A DNA stretch of 64,000 nucleotides from Bacteroidales bacterium (GTDB lineage Bacteria > Bacteroidota > Bacteroidia > Bacteroidales > WCHB1-69), in assembly GCA_045616665.1 (NCBI GenBank), contig JAZLHE010000098.1:8034-72033 (forward strand), in the 5' to 3' direction. Under the pieces are notes generated by a model. That model was not told the origin of the DNA and made no database searches. It was given only the letters and a program-made list of their open reading frames with translations. How positions within the stretch are numbered: the stretch's first letter is position 1; each line of letters opens with the position of its first letter. A program made the translations under genes and the position numbers. Shown here piece after piece: positions 8,200 through 17,413 of the stretch.

Positions 8200-10017
8200 A
8201 TGAAAAAAGTATTATTGTCTTTTGTGGCCATTATTGCCTCTTTGGGGTTGTTTGCCCAGGATCCTGTCAATTTGGCCTATTTCCCGTTCTCTACCATCGA
8301 CTCTGCCCCCAATACACAGACCATTATCCAAGCGGAAGCCGGATTATTGATGGAATACGCTACATTATATATGGACGGAAGCAACGGCTCTTCTTCCTAC
8401 GATCCAGCTACCGAATTAAATCGTTTTTCCGGGAATGCCGTCAACCTTATGGAAGGCTTTACCAACAGTTATGATTTGGCCATTAGAAACACTACTGCCA
8501 ACGGCAAGTCTGTCGTTTTTAAGATTTCCACCGAAGGTTTTCAAGACCTTACAATCTCATACGCATACAGAAGAACAGCAACAGGTTTCAACCACTGCGT
8601 ATGGTCATATAGCGTTAACGGTACCGACTTTACAGAAGCCGTTACCAAAACATACAACGGGACTATTTCTCCTGCACAATTGGAAACGGTAGATCTCTCC
8701 GGCATTAACGCTTTGGATGACCAGGAAAACGTATATTTGCGACTGACACTTTCTGGCTGCTCTTCCGCTTCCGGAAACAACCGTATCGATAACGTTCAGT
8801 TTAATGCCAATCCTGGTGGTCCCGACATTTATCCACCCCGCATCCTGAGTGCGACCGCTGTTGATTCGTCAACTATTTCTCTTGTGTTCAATGAAGAATT
8901 AGACGAAACTACAGCCACTGACGTGAATAATTACACCATTGATGGCGGATATGAAATCACCGGTATCGAATTGATCGTGAATGTCGTTGAATTAACCGTT
9001 AGTCCTGCACTTGCTGACGGAAGCATCTGTCAAATTTTGATTGAAAACATTGAAGACTTATTTGGAAATGTGATGCTTCCTGACACACAATATGTAGAAT
9101 ATGGTATAAATCCTGAATTCCAATGCAATAGTATCGCCGAATTGAGAACAAAGTTGGATTTCAGCGACCATTCCGGCAGAGTAGTCGATAATGTTGAATA
9201 CAGATTAAACAACAGTGTTATTATCACGGCAAAAGCCGCCTATAATAACCAAAAAGTCATTCAAGACGAGACGGGTGCCATTTTGATTTTTGATGAACAC
9301 AACATCTTGGATCCAAACAACAACCTGGAAATTGGTGATAAAATCAGCGGACTTTACGGTACATTGACAAATTATTTCGGATTCCTTGAATTTGTCCCGA
9401 CACGTACTTACGAATCATTTGACGGATTTATGCAAACAGTTGATCCAATGGTGATTGCTTTAAGCCAACTCAACGATGAGAACTTCATGTCTGCTCACCA
9501 AGCTGAACTTATCACATTGGAAAACGCTTCCATCACCTCTACGGGTGTTTTCTCCAAACTCACTCGCTACGACGTGGCTCAGGAAGGTGTTACCGCTCCA
9601 GCTTTGTACCCTTATTTCCAAGATGTTGACTACTTGTCACAAGGTATTCCTACCGGTGTAACTCAGAATATTACGGGAATAAATTTTGCCACCTCGAAAA
9701 TAGGAAGCAACAATTACGATTTCAGATATTATATCGTTCCTCGTTCAAGTAGTGATATGACCGCGATGACCGGCATTTTGGATATGGGCGGACAAGAGAT
9801 CAGCATTTATCCAAATCCAACTACCGACTTTATCAATATTAATATTGATAATGCCAACAGAATTGAAATTTATGATATGAACGGCAGGCAAATAGCATCT
9901 CAAAACATTACGAACAATGGCACGATTTCTATGTTGAATTTCGCCAATGGTGCGTACATTTTAAGAGTAATGCAAGACAATACGGTGCTTGGTTCAACCA
10001 AAATCATTAAAAGATAG
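8200..10017 (+). CDS. Secreted multidomain protein with a type IX secretion C-terminal sorting domain
   Basis: Signal peptide MKKVLLSFVAIIASLGLFAQ. Ig-like SbsA-type segment (STISLVFNEELDETTATDVNNYTI). A central module resembles the OB-like modules of the 17414 and 18672 proteins (SIAELR..., VIQDETGAILIF..., RSSSDM). The C-terminal T9SS tail reads ISIYPNPTTDFININ...IEIYDMNGRQI...GAYILRV. Confidence 0.8.
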   Translation: MKKVLLSFVAIIASLGLFAQDPVNLAYFPFSTIDSAPNTQTIIQAEAGLLMEYATLYMDGSNGSSSYDPATELNRFSGNAVNLMEGFTNSYDLAIRNTTANGKSVVFKISTEGFQDLTISYAYRRTATGFNHCVWSYSVNGTDFTEAVTKTYNGTISPAQLETVDLSGINALDDQENVYLRLTLSGCSSASGNNRIDNVQFNANPGGPDIYPPRILSATAVDSSTISLVFNEELDETTATDVNNYTIDGGYEITGIELIVNVVELTVSPALADGSICQILIENIEDLFGNVMLPDTQYVEYGINPEFQCNSIAELRTKLDFSDHSGRVVDNVEYRLNNSVIITAKAAYNNQKVIQDETGAILIFDEHNILDPNNNLEIGDKISGLYGTLTNYFGFLEFVPTRTYESFDGFMQTVDPMVIALSQLNDENFMSAHQAELITLENASITSTGVFSKLTRYDVAQEGVTAPALYPYFQDVDYLSQGIPTGVTQNITGINFATSKIGSNNYDFRYYIVPRSSSDMTAMTGILDMGGQEISIYPNPTTDFININIDNANRIEIYDMNGRQIASQNITNNGTISMLNFANGAYILRVMQDNTVLGSTKIIKR

Positions 10018-10046
10018 GGTAGTATCATTTATATCTGAAAAAGCAA

Positions 10047-10080
10047 AAACGGGGTTGAAATTTCAATCCCGTTTTCTTTT
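10047..10080 (+). terminator. Rho-independent terminator after the T9SS cargo gene
   Basis: Stem cggggttgaaa / tttcaatcccg with one G-U pair, followed by ttttctttt. Confidence 0.7.
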
Positions 10081-10220
10081 GTGATCAGTGATCCGTGAAC
10101 AGATTTATTTGCTTGTGCGAGTGTAAAGACGTATCTCTCCACGGCTCTACTGGCGAACTCTTAATTTCTTAATTATTATAATGTCTCCCCATCAGCTCAC
10201 CGATCACTGCTCACTGTTCA
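10081..10220. repeat. Inverted arrays of TGANCNG heptamers flanking a 90-bp core
   Basis: The left arm on plus strand is TGATCAG TGATCCG TGAACAG (10082..10102). The right arm read on the minus strand is TGAACAG TGAGCAG TGATCGG TGAGCTG (10220..10193) and starts directly after the TAG stop of the LOG-family gene. The arms can pair at 16 of 19 positions. Confidence 0.7.
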
Positions 10221-10811
10221 CTACTTTTTAATCTTATCCAACCAATGTCTGTCGTTAGAATTTTCGTAATGATCTAACTTGTAGAACAAATCGTCCAAAT
10301 CTCGAGCCACAATCAGCAAATCGTAATGGAATGGCCTCAGGAAACCGTCTTGACGAAAACGGTCGAGTTGAGCCACCAAGTGATCGTAGTAACCATCCGC
10401 ATTCAACAAGGCCACTGGTTTTTGATGCAAGCCCAACTGGGCATCTGTCATCATCTCGAAGAATTCATCCATAGTGCCATACGAACCGGGAAGTATTACA
10501 AAGCCATCGGCTTTTTCTTCAAGCATTTGTTTTCTTTCACTCATTGAATTGACTAAAATCAGATTTTCTCCCAGCGACATATCCAACACGGTTCCATTGG
10601 AAAAGAAATTTGGTGCAATACCTACCACACGACCTCCGTTGGCACGGGCAGCCTCTGATGCCGCCACCATTAAACCAATGGAAGCTCCGCCGTAATACAA
10701 CGTGAGATTTTTTTCCGCACATCGCTTTCCGAACTCGGCTGCCAACTCAACAAAAAAAGGATTATTTCCCTGCGAAGATCCGCAATACAATGCCAAAGAC
10801 GAATATTTCAT
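10221..10811 (-). CDS. LOG family protein (TIGR00730-type nucleotide 5'-monophosphate nucleosidase)
   Basis: 196 aa with the PGSYGTMDEFFE (PGGxGTxxE) motif and GGASIGLM. The start overlaps the pssA stop by 4 nt. Confidence 0.85.
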   Translation of the reverse strand: MKYSSLALYCGSSQGNNPFFVELAAEFGKRCAEKNLTLYYGGASIGLMVAASEAARANGGRVVGIAPNFFSNGTVLDMSLGENLILVNSMSERKQMLEEKADGFVILPGSYGTMDEFFEMMTDAQLGLHQKPVALLNADGYYDHLVAQLDRFRQDGFLRPFHYDLLIVARDLDDLFYKLDHYENSNDRHWLDKIKK

Positions 10812-11524
10812 AGCAATTGGATTTTACTTATGGCGAACATAGATACAGAAATAAGTATATATAATAATATAATGATAGGGAAGGCTCCCAGACGGAAAAT
10901 AACGAACAAAATTGCCGCCAATATCAGGAATATAAAACGAACTTGATTGCCTTTCCAGTGAAAATGTTTGAATTTCAATGAAAACATCGGCAACTCACTT
11001 ATCAAGAGTACGCAAAACACCAACACCAACGCCAAAACAATCCAGAAATTATTCACAAAGGTAAGATTGTCGGCGGAAAGTGGCAAAAAACCAAGAAACA
11101 AAGCGTTGGCTGGGGTAGGGAGGCCCAAAAATTCGGTGTGTTGCCGCTCATCGTGATTGAATTTTGCCAGACGATATGCCGAAAAGGCTGGAATCAAAAA
11201 CGCCAAAAATGGCAAAAAACGAACTACGGGATGGAGTTGGGCGGGCGGCAGATATTGCATACAGTTTTCTAACCATACATATATAATCATCGCAGGTGCG
11301 CCGCCAAAAGAAAACACATCTGCCAAGGAATCCAAATCTACACCCAATGGAGATTGAACTTTCAGCAAACGTGCTGTAAATCCGTCCAGAAAATCAAACA
11401 GTGCCGCCGCGATGATCATCAATGCGGCAAATTTAAGAAAGCCATAATGCAAGGACAAAACTATGGAAATGGCTCCACAGATAATGTTCATACAAGTAAT
11501 GCAATTAGGTATATGTTTCTTCAT
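10808..11524 (-). CDS. pssA: CDP-diacylglycerol--serine O-phosphatidyltransferase (CDP-alcohol phosphatidyltransferase family)
   Basis: 238-aa polytopic membrane protein with the motif DFLDGFTARLLKVQSPLGVDLDSLADVFSFG (DG..AR...G...D...D). Confidence 0.85.
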   Translation of the reverse strand: MKKHIPNCITCMNIICGAISIVLSLHYGFLKFAALMIIAAALFDFLDGFTARLLKVQSPLGVDLDSLADVFSFGGAPAMIIYVWLENCMQYLPPAQLHPVVRFLPFLAFLIPAFSAYRLAKFNHDERQHTEFLGLPTPANALFLGFLPLSADNLTFVNNFWIVLALVLVFCVLLISELPMFSLKFKHFHWKGNQVRFIFLILAAILFVIFRLGAFPIIILLYILISVSMFAISKIQLL

Positions 11525-12879
11525 CAGGATAATTTTTTCACGAACAATTGAGCATTTTCAAAACGTGTCACTTCTACCTGTTCGTCTTTTTCTATAAAGC
11601 CGATTTCCGAAGTGGCATCCAACATTTCCCCATCAATTTCAATTTTCCCGACCGGGCGAAGCAGGGTGGCGGCCACCGCGGTGCGTCCCACATATTGAGT
11701 CAGATTCATATCCTGAGCCACGTATCCCTTATCGGCATTCATTTGCGTTTTCAAAGCAAGCGAACCGTAACGGGTGTCTGCGCTAATGAGTTTTTTCCCA
11801 AGCCATAATGAAAGGATAAAACCGGCAAAGCAGGCGGCCAACACCAAGAACAAATACTTGACAAAAAGTCCGGGAGCTGCCATACTGAAATTAAATCCCA
11901 CATTAAAAATCATCGTCAAAACCAAAGATCCCACCATCAGTATAATCCCGGAAATTCCTGTGACGCCAAAGCCCGGGACAACGAAAATCTCCAACATCAG
12001 CAAGCCAAAACCGACAAGGAAAATAATAATTTCCCAATGGGCGGCCAAACCTTCCAAATAATGAGGCGCAAAATAGAGTAGTGCGGCAAGAATGGCCACC
12101 AGCAACGCAAAACCAATGCCCGGAGCCTGCATTTCAAAGTAGATGCCACCAATGATAAACATAATCAGAATGCCGCTCACGATAGGGTTTATCAAGAATG
12201 AAATGACTTTGTCAATCCAAGTAACTTTTTGATTTATAAACTGGTATGAGCCGATATTCATCTTGTGCATTACATCGTTTTTATCCCTGGCTTCCGCATT
12301 GCAAAAATGATGGCCGATGGCTTCGGATGTTGTAAATGTCAACACTTTTCCTTTGACCGAAATCCCCGGAATTTCAACATCTGGATCGACCATCGCTTGC
12401 GCAATGTCCGGATCACGACCGTTCATTTCTGCCGTGGAACGCATCAGCGAACGCATATATGACTGGTATTTGTCAGGCATAATTTCACCAGTTTGATTTA
12501 CCACGGAAGCGGCTCCAATCGAACTTCCTGGAGCCATATAAATGGAATCGCAAGCCAGGGAAATCAGAGCACCGGCTGATGCCGCATTTTTATTTATGAA
12601 AACAATGGTCGGAATTTTACATTCCAGCAATGCCGTACGCATTTTGTCTGCCGCATCCAATTCACCGCCAAAAGTATTTAATTCCATCAGAAGATAATCT
12701 GCATTTACTTCCTGTGCCTGACGAATGGCTTGCGTCAGTTTTCTTTCCGAAGGCTTGGAAATATTGTCGTCAATTTGAAAATAGAAAATTTTATTCATTT
12801 TCTGCTGCGCAAAAACACAACCCAACGATAAAGCCATCAACAAGGATATTAACGCAAATTTTCTAAAAATCACCTCCAT
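11524..12879 (-). CDS. NfeD-family membrane-bound ClpP-class serine protease
   Basis: 451 aa. Signal peptide, then a ClpP-like domain (NTFGGELDAADKM...NKNAASAGALISLACDSIYMAPGSSIGAA), a hydrophobic core and a C-terminal OB-like NfeD domain. Confidence 0.8.
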   Translation of the reverse strand: MEVIFRKFALISLLMALSLGCVFAQQKMNKIFYFQIDDNISKPSERKLTQAIRQAQEVNADYLLMELNTFGGELDAADKMRTALLECKIPTIVFINKNAASAGALISLACDSIYMAPGSSIGAASVVNQTGEIMPDKYQSYMRSLMRSTAEMNGRDPDIAQAMVDPDVEIPGISVKGKVLTFTTSEAIGHHFCNAEARDKNDVMHKMNIGSYQFINQKVTWIDKVISFLINPIVSGILIMFIIGGIYFEMQAPGIGFALLVAILAALLYFAPHYLEGLAAHWEIIIFLVGFGLLMLEIFVVPGFGVTGISGIILMVGSLVLTMIFNVGFNFSMAAPGLFVKYLFLVLAACFAGFILSLWLGKKLISADTRYGSLALKTQMNADKGYVAQDMNLTQYVGRTAVAATLLRPVGKIEIDGEMLDATSEIGFIEKDEQVEVTRFENAQLFVKKLS

Positions 12880-12938
12880 TTTCGGACAACATTTTATTCT
12901 TATAATTTATATTATGTTAAATAGGATTGTTGGCAACC

Positions 12939-13688
12939 CTAATTTTGTATAGTATTGTCGATGCGTTGCCATTTTCTGAACCAGCTGCGAAAACGCAAAC
13001 CGATAACGCCAAAAATGGCTTCTTTGAAAATTCCGCCAGACATTTTAGAAGTTCCCAATTTTCTGTCTTCAAAAATAATTGGCACTTCCACGATTTTGAA
13101 TCCCAACTTATAGACATTGAATTTCATTTCGATTTGGAATCCATAACCAACGTGATGAATCTGATCAAAATCTATCGCTTTAAGCGTGGTGGCACGATAA
13201 CACTTAAAACCGGCAGTCGTATCGTGAACTGGGATTCCCAACATAATTCTAACGTAGGCCGAGCCGTAATACGACATAAGCAAACGGGACATCGGCCAAT
13301 TCACGACATTAACGCCATTGCAATAACGTGAACCGATAGCCAAATCCGCATTTTGTTCCACGCAAGCCTGATACAAACGGGCCAAATCGTTCGGATTGTG
13401 AGAAAAATCGGCATCCATTTCAAACACAAAGTCATACTGATGAGCCAAAGCCCACTTAAAACCGTGAATATAGGCGGTTCCAAGTCCCAATTTTCCTTTT
13501 CTTTCCTCGATAAACAATCTTTCGGGGTACTCCCCTATCAAATTTTTCACAATTTGCGCGGTGCCGTCCGGAGAATTATCTTCAATCACCAAAATATGAT
13601 AATCTCCAAGGGAAAATACGGTACGAATGATATTTTCAATATTTTCCTTTTCGTTATAGGTCGGAATAATGACAAGTTTTTTATCCAT
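12939..13688 (-). CDS. GT2 polyprenol-phosphate mannosyltransferase (Dpm1-like)
   Basis: 249 aa with VIIPTYNEKENIENII, DDNSPDGTAQIV and the DAD motif (FEMDADFSHNP). Confidence 0.85.
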   Translation of the reverse strand: MDKKLVIIPTYNEKENIENIIRTVFSLGDYHILVIEDNSPDGTAQIVKNLIGEYPERLFIEERKGKLGLGTAYIHGFKWALAHQYDFVFEMDADFSHNPNDLARLYQACVEQNADLAIGSRYCNGVNVVNWPMSRLLMSYYGSAYVRIMLGIPVHDTTAGFKCYRATTLKAIDFDQIHHVGYGFQIEMKFNVYKLGFKIVEVPIIFEDRKLGTSKMSGGIFKEAIFGVIGLRFRSWFRKWQRIDNTIQN

Positions 13689-13702
13689 AATATGAAATTT
13701 TA

Positions 13703-14725
13703 TTACTTTTCAAGAATAATGTAAACGGGAAAATGGTCGCTATAGCCGCCTTGATACACTCCGGCCGCGTAGGTTCTTAACGGATATCCGATATAGGAAC
13801 CGGATTGAGACAGCATAAAATTCTTTCTAAACACCTTTGTTCCCACATATTTATAGGAATTTGGCCTTACCGGATAAATTAAATTAGAAGAAATGACAAT
13901 TTGGTCAATGACATCCCACACGTCGCGATAGGCGTATGTCCCCACGCCGTCTTGATACATTTTCCACATTGGATTAAACAAATCTCCTCGTTGAACATCT
14001 TTGATTTTAACCTTGGGTTGCAAATAATCCTTAAGGCTTTTTGCAGTTGGACTGTCGTTAAAGTCTCCCATAAAGACGATATTCGCATTGATGTTTTTCG
14101 CGAGAATTGAATCAGCGATATGGCGGGCCAATTGTGCGGCCGCAATTCGTTTGGGCATACTTCGTTTCTCGCCCCCCAATTTGGAAGGCCAGTGCATCAC
14201 AATACAATGAACGGTGTCCGTATGGTCAATTACGCCAGTCATTAAAAACTGATCACGCGTACGAAAGCTGGTATCCTCTGTTACCAATCTAAATGCTTTT
14301 GTGCTAAGCACTTGAAATCTATCTTGATCATACAGGAATGCGACATCCACGCCACGACGATCGGGTGAATCGTGATGAACCACGCCCAAATTCAACGGTT
14401 TAAGTTTTTCGGTGGCCACCAAGTCGTCTAAAACACGTTTGTTTTCGACTTCAGAAACGCCTAAAACCACTACTCCACCCTTTTCTTCGCCAATCAACGC
14501 GATGACGGAAGCCATATTGTTCAACTTGCGCTGATACCTTTCCGGTGTCCATTGATAGTCGCCCGTAGGCAAAAACTGTTCGTCATTGGTAGCGGGATCA
14601 TTTTCCGTATCAAAAAGATTTTCAAGGTTGTAAAAACCGATGATCGCAGATTTTCCGCTTTGTGCAAATACCGTCGTTCCTGCCCATATCAGAAACACAA
14701 GTAAGGTCAAAGTCTTAGTCCTCAT
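13703..14725 (-). CDS. Secreted endonuclease/exonuclease/phosphatase (EEP) family protein
   Basis: Signal peptide MRTKTLTLLVFLIWAGTTVFAQ. EEP blocks IGFYNLENLFD, LGVSEVEN, VVHHDSPDRRGVDVAFLY, MGDFND and GYSDHFPV. Confidence 0.85.
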   Translation of the reverse strand: MRTKTLTLLVFLIWAGTTVFAQSGKSAIIGFYNLENLFDTENDPATNDEQFLPTGDYQWTPERYQRKLNNMASVIALIGEEKGGVVVLGVSEVENKRVLDDLVATEKLKPLNLGVVHHDSPDRRGVDVAFLYDQDRFQVLSTKAFRLVTEDTSFRTRDQFLMTGVIDHTDTVHCIVMHWPSKLGGEKRSMPKRIAAAQLARHIADSILAKNINANIVFMGDFNDSPTAKSLKDYLQPKVKIKDVQRGDLFNPMWKMYQDGVGTYAYRDVWDVIDQIVISSNLIYPVRPNSYKYVGTKVFRKNFMLSQSGSYIGYPLRTYAAGVYQGGYSDHFPVYIILEK

Positions 14726-14810
14726 AACACATAATTATTAAACTGCAAAGATACATTATTTTTCATAGCAAAAAGCGAAAAAAACATATTAAAGCAAGCG
14801 TTTTTTTTTG

Positions 14811-14818
14811 TAATTTTG
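14811..14818 (+). promoter_or_regulatory. -7 promoter box TAATTTTG for the outer-membrane protein gene cluster
   Basis: Exact TAnnTTTG match 32 nt upstream of the ATG at 14850. Confidence 0.45.
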
Positions 14819-14849
14819 TCGTTTAATTTATTTGACTAAAAACGAGTCT

Positions 14850-17381
14850 ATGAAAAAACGATCACTTTTTATCGCTGCGTTCTTATCTACTTGTGTTATA
14901 GCTTATTCGCAAGACATTAACAATAAAGGGGGAAAGAAACAGCAAGGCAAACAGCAAACGGAAACAGTCGAAGATTTTCGAGACAATGACGAAATATCCG
15001 ATTCGAACTACGAATCGGACGACCTTGAAAGCGGAGATACCTATATTCCTGGACTGCTTCATTCAACAAAAGACGTATATGAAAACAACACATCATACGC
15101 TTTTAGCATAGCGCGTTTTAAGAACAGAGGTTACGACAGTCGTTTCCGCAAAGTCAATGTCAATAATTTTGAGCTCAACGATATGGTTACAGGGAATTCT
15201 CCATTCTATTTGTGGAGTGGTTTGAATCATACTTTCCGATATCCTGAAATCATAACAGGCTTAAACACAGGTACTTTCAGCTTTGGAGACATTGACGGAT
15301 CTTCCAACTTCAACACCAGGGCATCGGCATATCGCAAGCAAATCCGCGTCGGTTATTCGCTTACCAACCGTTCCTATACCAACAGACTTCAATTCACCTA
15401 CGCTTCCGGCGTCTTGAATAAGGGCTGGTCCGTGGCAGCCTCCCTGTCTGGTCGTTTTGGCAAGGGTTTGAATTACGTGGACGGTGTTTCAGCCCAAGGC
15501 ATCAGCTATTTTGTCGCATTGGAAAAGAAAATCAACACGGTTCACGCACTCAACCTCACTGCTTTCGGTGCCCCGTCGGTACGCGAGAGCCAATCCGCCT
15601 CCGTGCAGGAAGCCTTTGACATCACCGGCACCCACTATTACAATCCCAACTGGGGCTGGTATAACGGCAAGAAACGCAATGCCCGCGTTAGTAATTCCCA
15701 CACGCCGGTCATTCAGTTGACACACTATTATACGCCGGATCAAAAATTAAATATGACGACTACCCTTACCGCCACTTTCGGCAGCAACCACAGCACGTCT
15801 CTTAATTGGTACGACGCTCAAGATCCAAGACCTGACTACTACAGATATCTTCCAAGTTATCAGATTACCAACGGAGACACCGCTTCCACTTATTATGATG
15901 TATTATCTGCTTGGCAAAACAATGCCAACATTAGACAAATCAATTGGGACAATATGTACAATGTCAATCAACTCGCTGCCCAGCAAGGCAAGCGTGCCCA
16001 GTATATGGTGGAAGACAGAATCCGCGACCACTTTATGATTGGCGGTACGACCAACGCCGTTTATACGCTCAGCGACAATATTAAATTTGTCTATGGTGTT
16101 GACATCCGTGGAATGAAACAACACAACTACAAAACCATCAACGATTTGTTGGGTGGTTTATATTGGTTGGACGTGGACAAGTATTCAGAAGGCGATTTTC
16201 CCGATGACGCCAATGTTCAATATAACGACTTGGACAACAAAGACAAGGAATTGCACGAAGGAGATGTTTTCGGGTATGATTATGATTATGTCATCTTGAA
16301 ACAAAAAGCTTGGGCACAGGTATTATTCACCTATAACAAAATAGATTTCAATCTTGGTGCCAACATCGGTGCGACGGAATATTGGCGTAATGGCAACATG
16401 AAAAACGGACGTTTTCAGAATGAATCCAAAGGTAAATCTGACGTTAAGAGTTTCTGCGAATATGCTTTCCGTGGCGGAATCACCTATAAAATTACCGGTC
16501 GTCACTACTTGGTGTTGAACGGATTGTATGAAAACAACGCGCCAAGTATTATGAATGCTTTTGTCGCGCCCAACATTCGCAACAAATACGTGGATCGTCT
16601 CCAATGTGAGAAAATCGGTTCCGTCGATTTGTCCTACATTATGAAATATCCTATTGTGACCTTGCGCTTAACCGGATATTTTGCGCAAATGAACGATATG
16701 ACCAAACTCATTTCATTTTATCACGATGGAATGCAAAGTATGGTCAACTATTCAATTTCCGGCATTGACGAACGCCATCTCGGCTTGGAATTGGGTGCCG
16801 AAATCAAATTGGGTTCTATGTTTGCCCTTGTTCTGGCCGGCAACTATGGCGACTACCGTTATTCTGACAGAGCCAATGTGACTATGAATGCCGAAAACGG
16901 AAGCGACTTTGAAGGAGAAGTCAATAGTACGGTGTATTGGAAAAACTATCACGTGGCCAACTCTCCTCAGGCGGCAGGCACCATCGGACTGAAATTCAAC
17001 CACAAGAACTGGTGGGTGAATATCAATGCCAACTACTTTGACAAAATCTATTGTTCGTTGAATCCTGAAAGAAGAACCACTTCTGCCCGCGGAACCCTCG
17101 AAGAAACCTCTCCCCTATACCAAATGATGGCCAGCCAAACCAGAATGAAAGGCCAATTCACCCTTGATGCCTCTATCAGCAAATCGTGGAGAATCAAACA
17201 ATATACCATCGGATTCAATGTCAGTGTCACCAACATCACCAACAACAAGAATCTGATTACTACCGCTTGGGAACAATATAGATACGATTACACCGATTAC
17301 AATCCCAATAAATTTCAAAACAAATGCTTTTACGCATTGGGAACCACATTCTATGCCGGTATCAATTTCCAATTTAACTAA
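14850..17381 (+). CDS. TonB-dependent-receptor-like outer-membrane beta-barrel protein
   Basis: The start was moved to ATG 14850 (MKKRSLFIAAFLSTCVIAYSQ signal peptide). Plug-like segment FKNRGYDSRFRKVNVNNFELNDMVTG, long alternating beta-strand sequence, and an aromatic C-terminus (YAGINFQFN). An acidic low-complexity linker follows the signal. Confidence 0.7.
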   Translation: MKKRSLFIAAFLSTCVIAYSQDINNKGGKKQQGKQQTETVEDFRDNDEISDSNYESDDLESGDTYIPGLLHSTKDVYENNTSYAFSIARFKNRGYDSRFRKVNVNNFELNDMVTGNSPFYLWSGLNHTFRYPEIITGLNTGTFSFGDIDGSSNFNTRASAYRKQIRVGYSLTNRSYTNRLQFTYASGVLNKGWSVAASLSGRFGKGLNYVDGVSAQGISYFVALEKKINTVHALNLTAFGAPSVRESQSASVQEAFDITGTHYYNPNWGWYNGKKRNARVSNSHTPVIQLTHYYTPDQKLNMTTTLTATFGSNHSTSLNWYDAQDPRPDYYRYLPSYQITNGDTASTYYDVLSAWQNNANIRQINWDNMYNVNQLAAQQGKRAQYMVEDRIRDHFMIGGTTNAVYTLSDNIKFVYGVDIRGMKQHNYKTINDLLGGLYWLDVDKYSEGDFPDDANVQYNDLDNKDKELHEGDVFGYDYDYVILKQKAWAQVLFTYNKIDFNLGANIGATEYWRNGNMKNGRFQNESKGKSDVKSFCEYAFRGGITYKITGRHYLVLNGLYENNAPSIMNAFVAPNIRNKYVDRLQCEKIGSVDLSYIMKYPIVTLRLTGYFAQMNDMTKLISFYHDGMQSMVNYSISGIDERHLGLELGAEIKLGSMFALVLAGNYGDYRYSDRANVTMNAENGSDFEGEVNSTVYWKNYHVANSPQAAGTIGLKFNHKNWWVNINANYFDKIYCSLNPERRTTSARGTLEETSPLYQMMASQTRMKGQFTLDASISKSWRIKQYTIGFNVSVTNITNNKNLITTAWEQYRYDYTDYNPNKFQNKCFYALGTTFYAGINFQFN

Positions 17382-17413
17382 CAGCATTATTGTAATCTAA
17401 AAATAACGACAAT

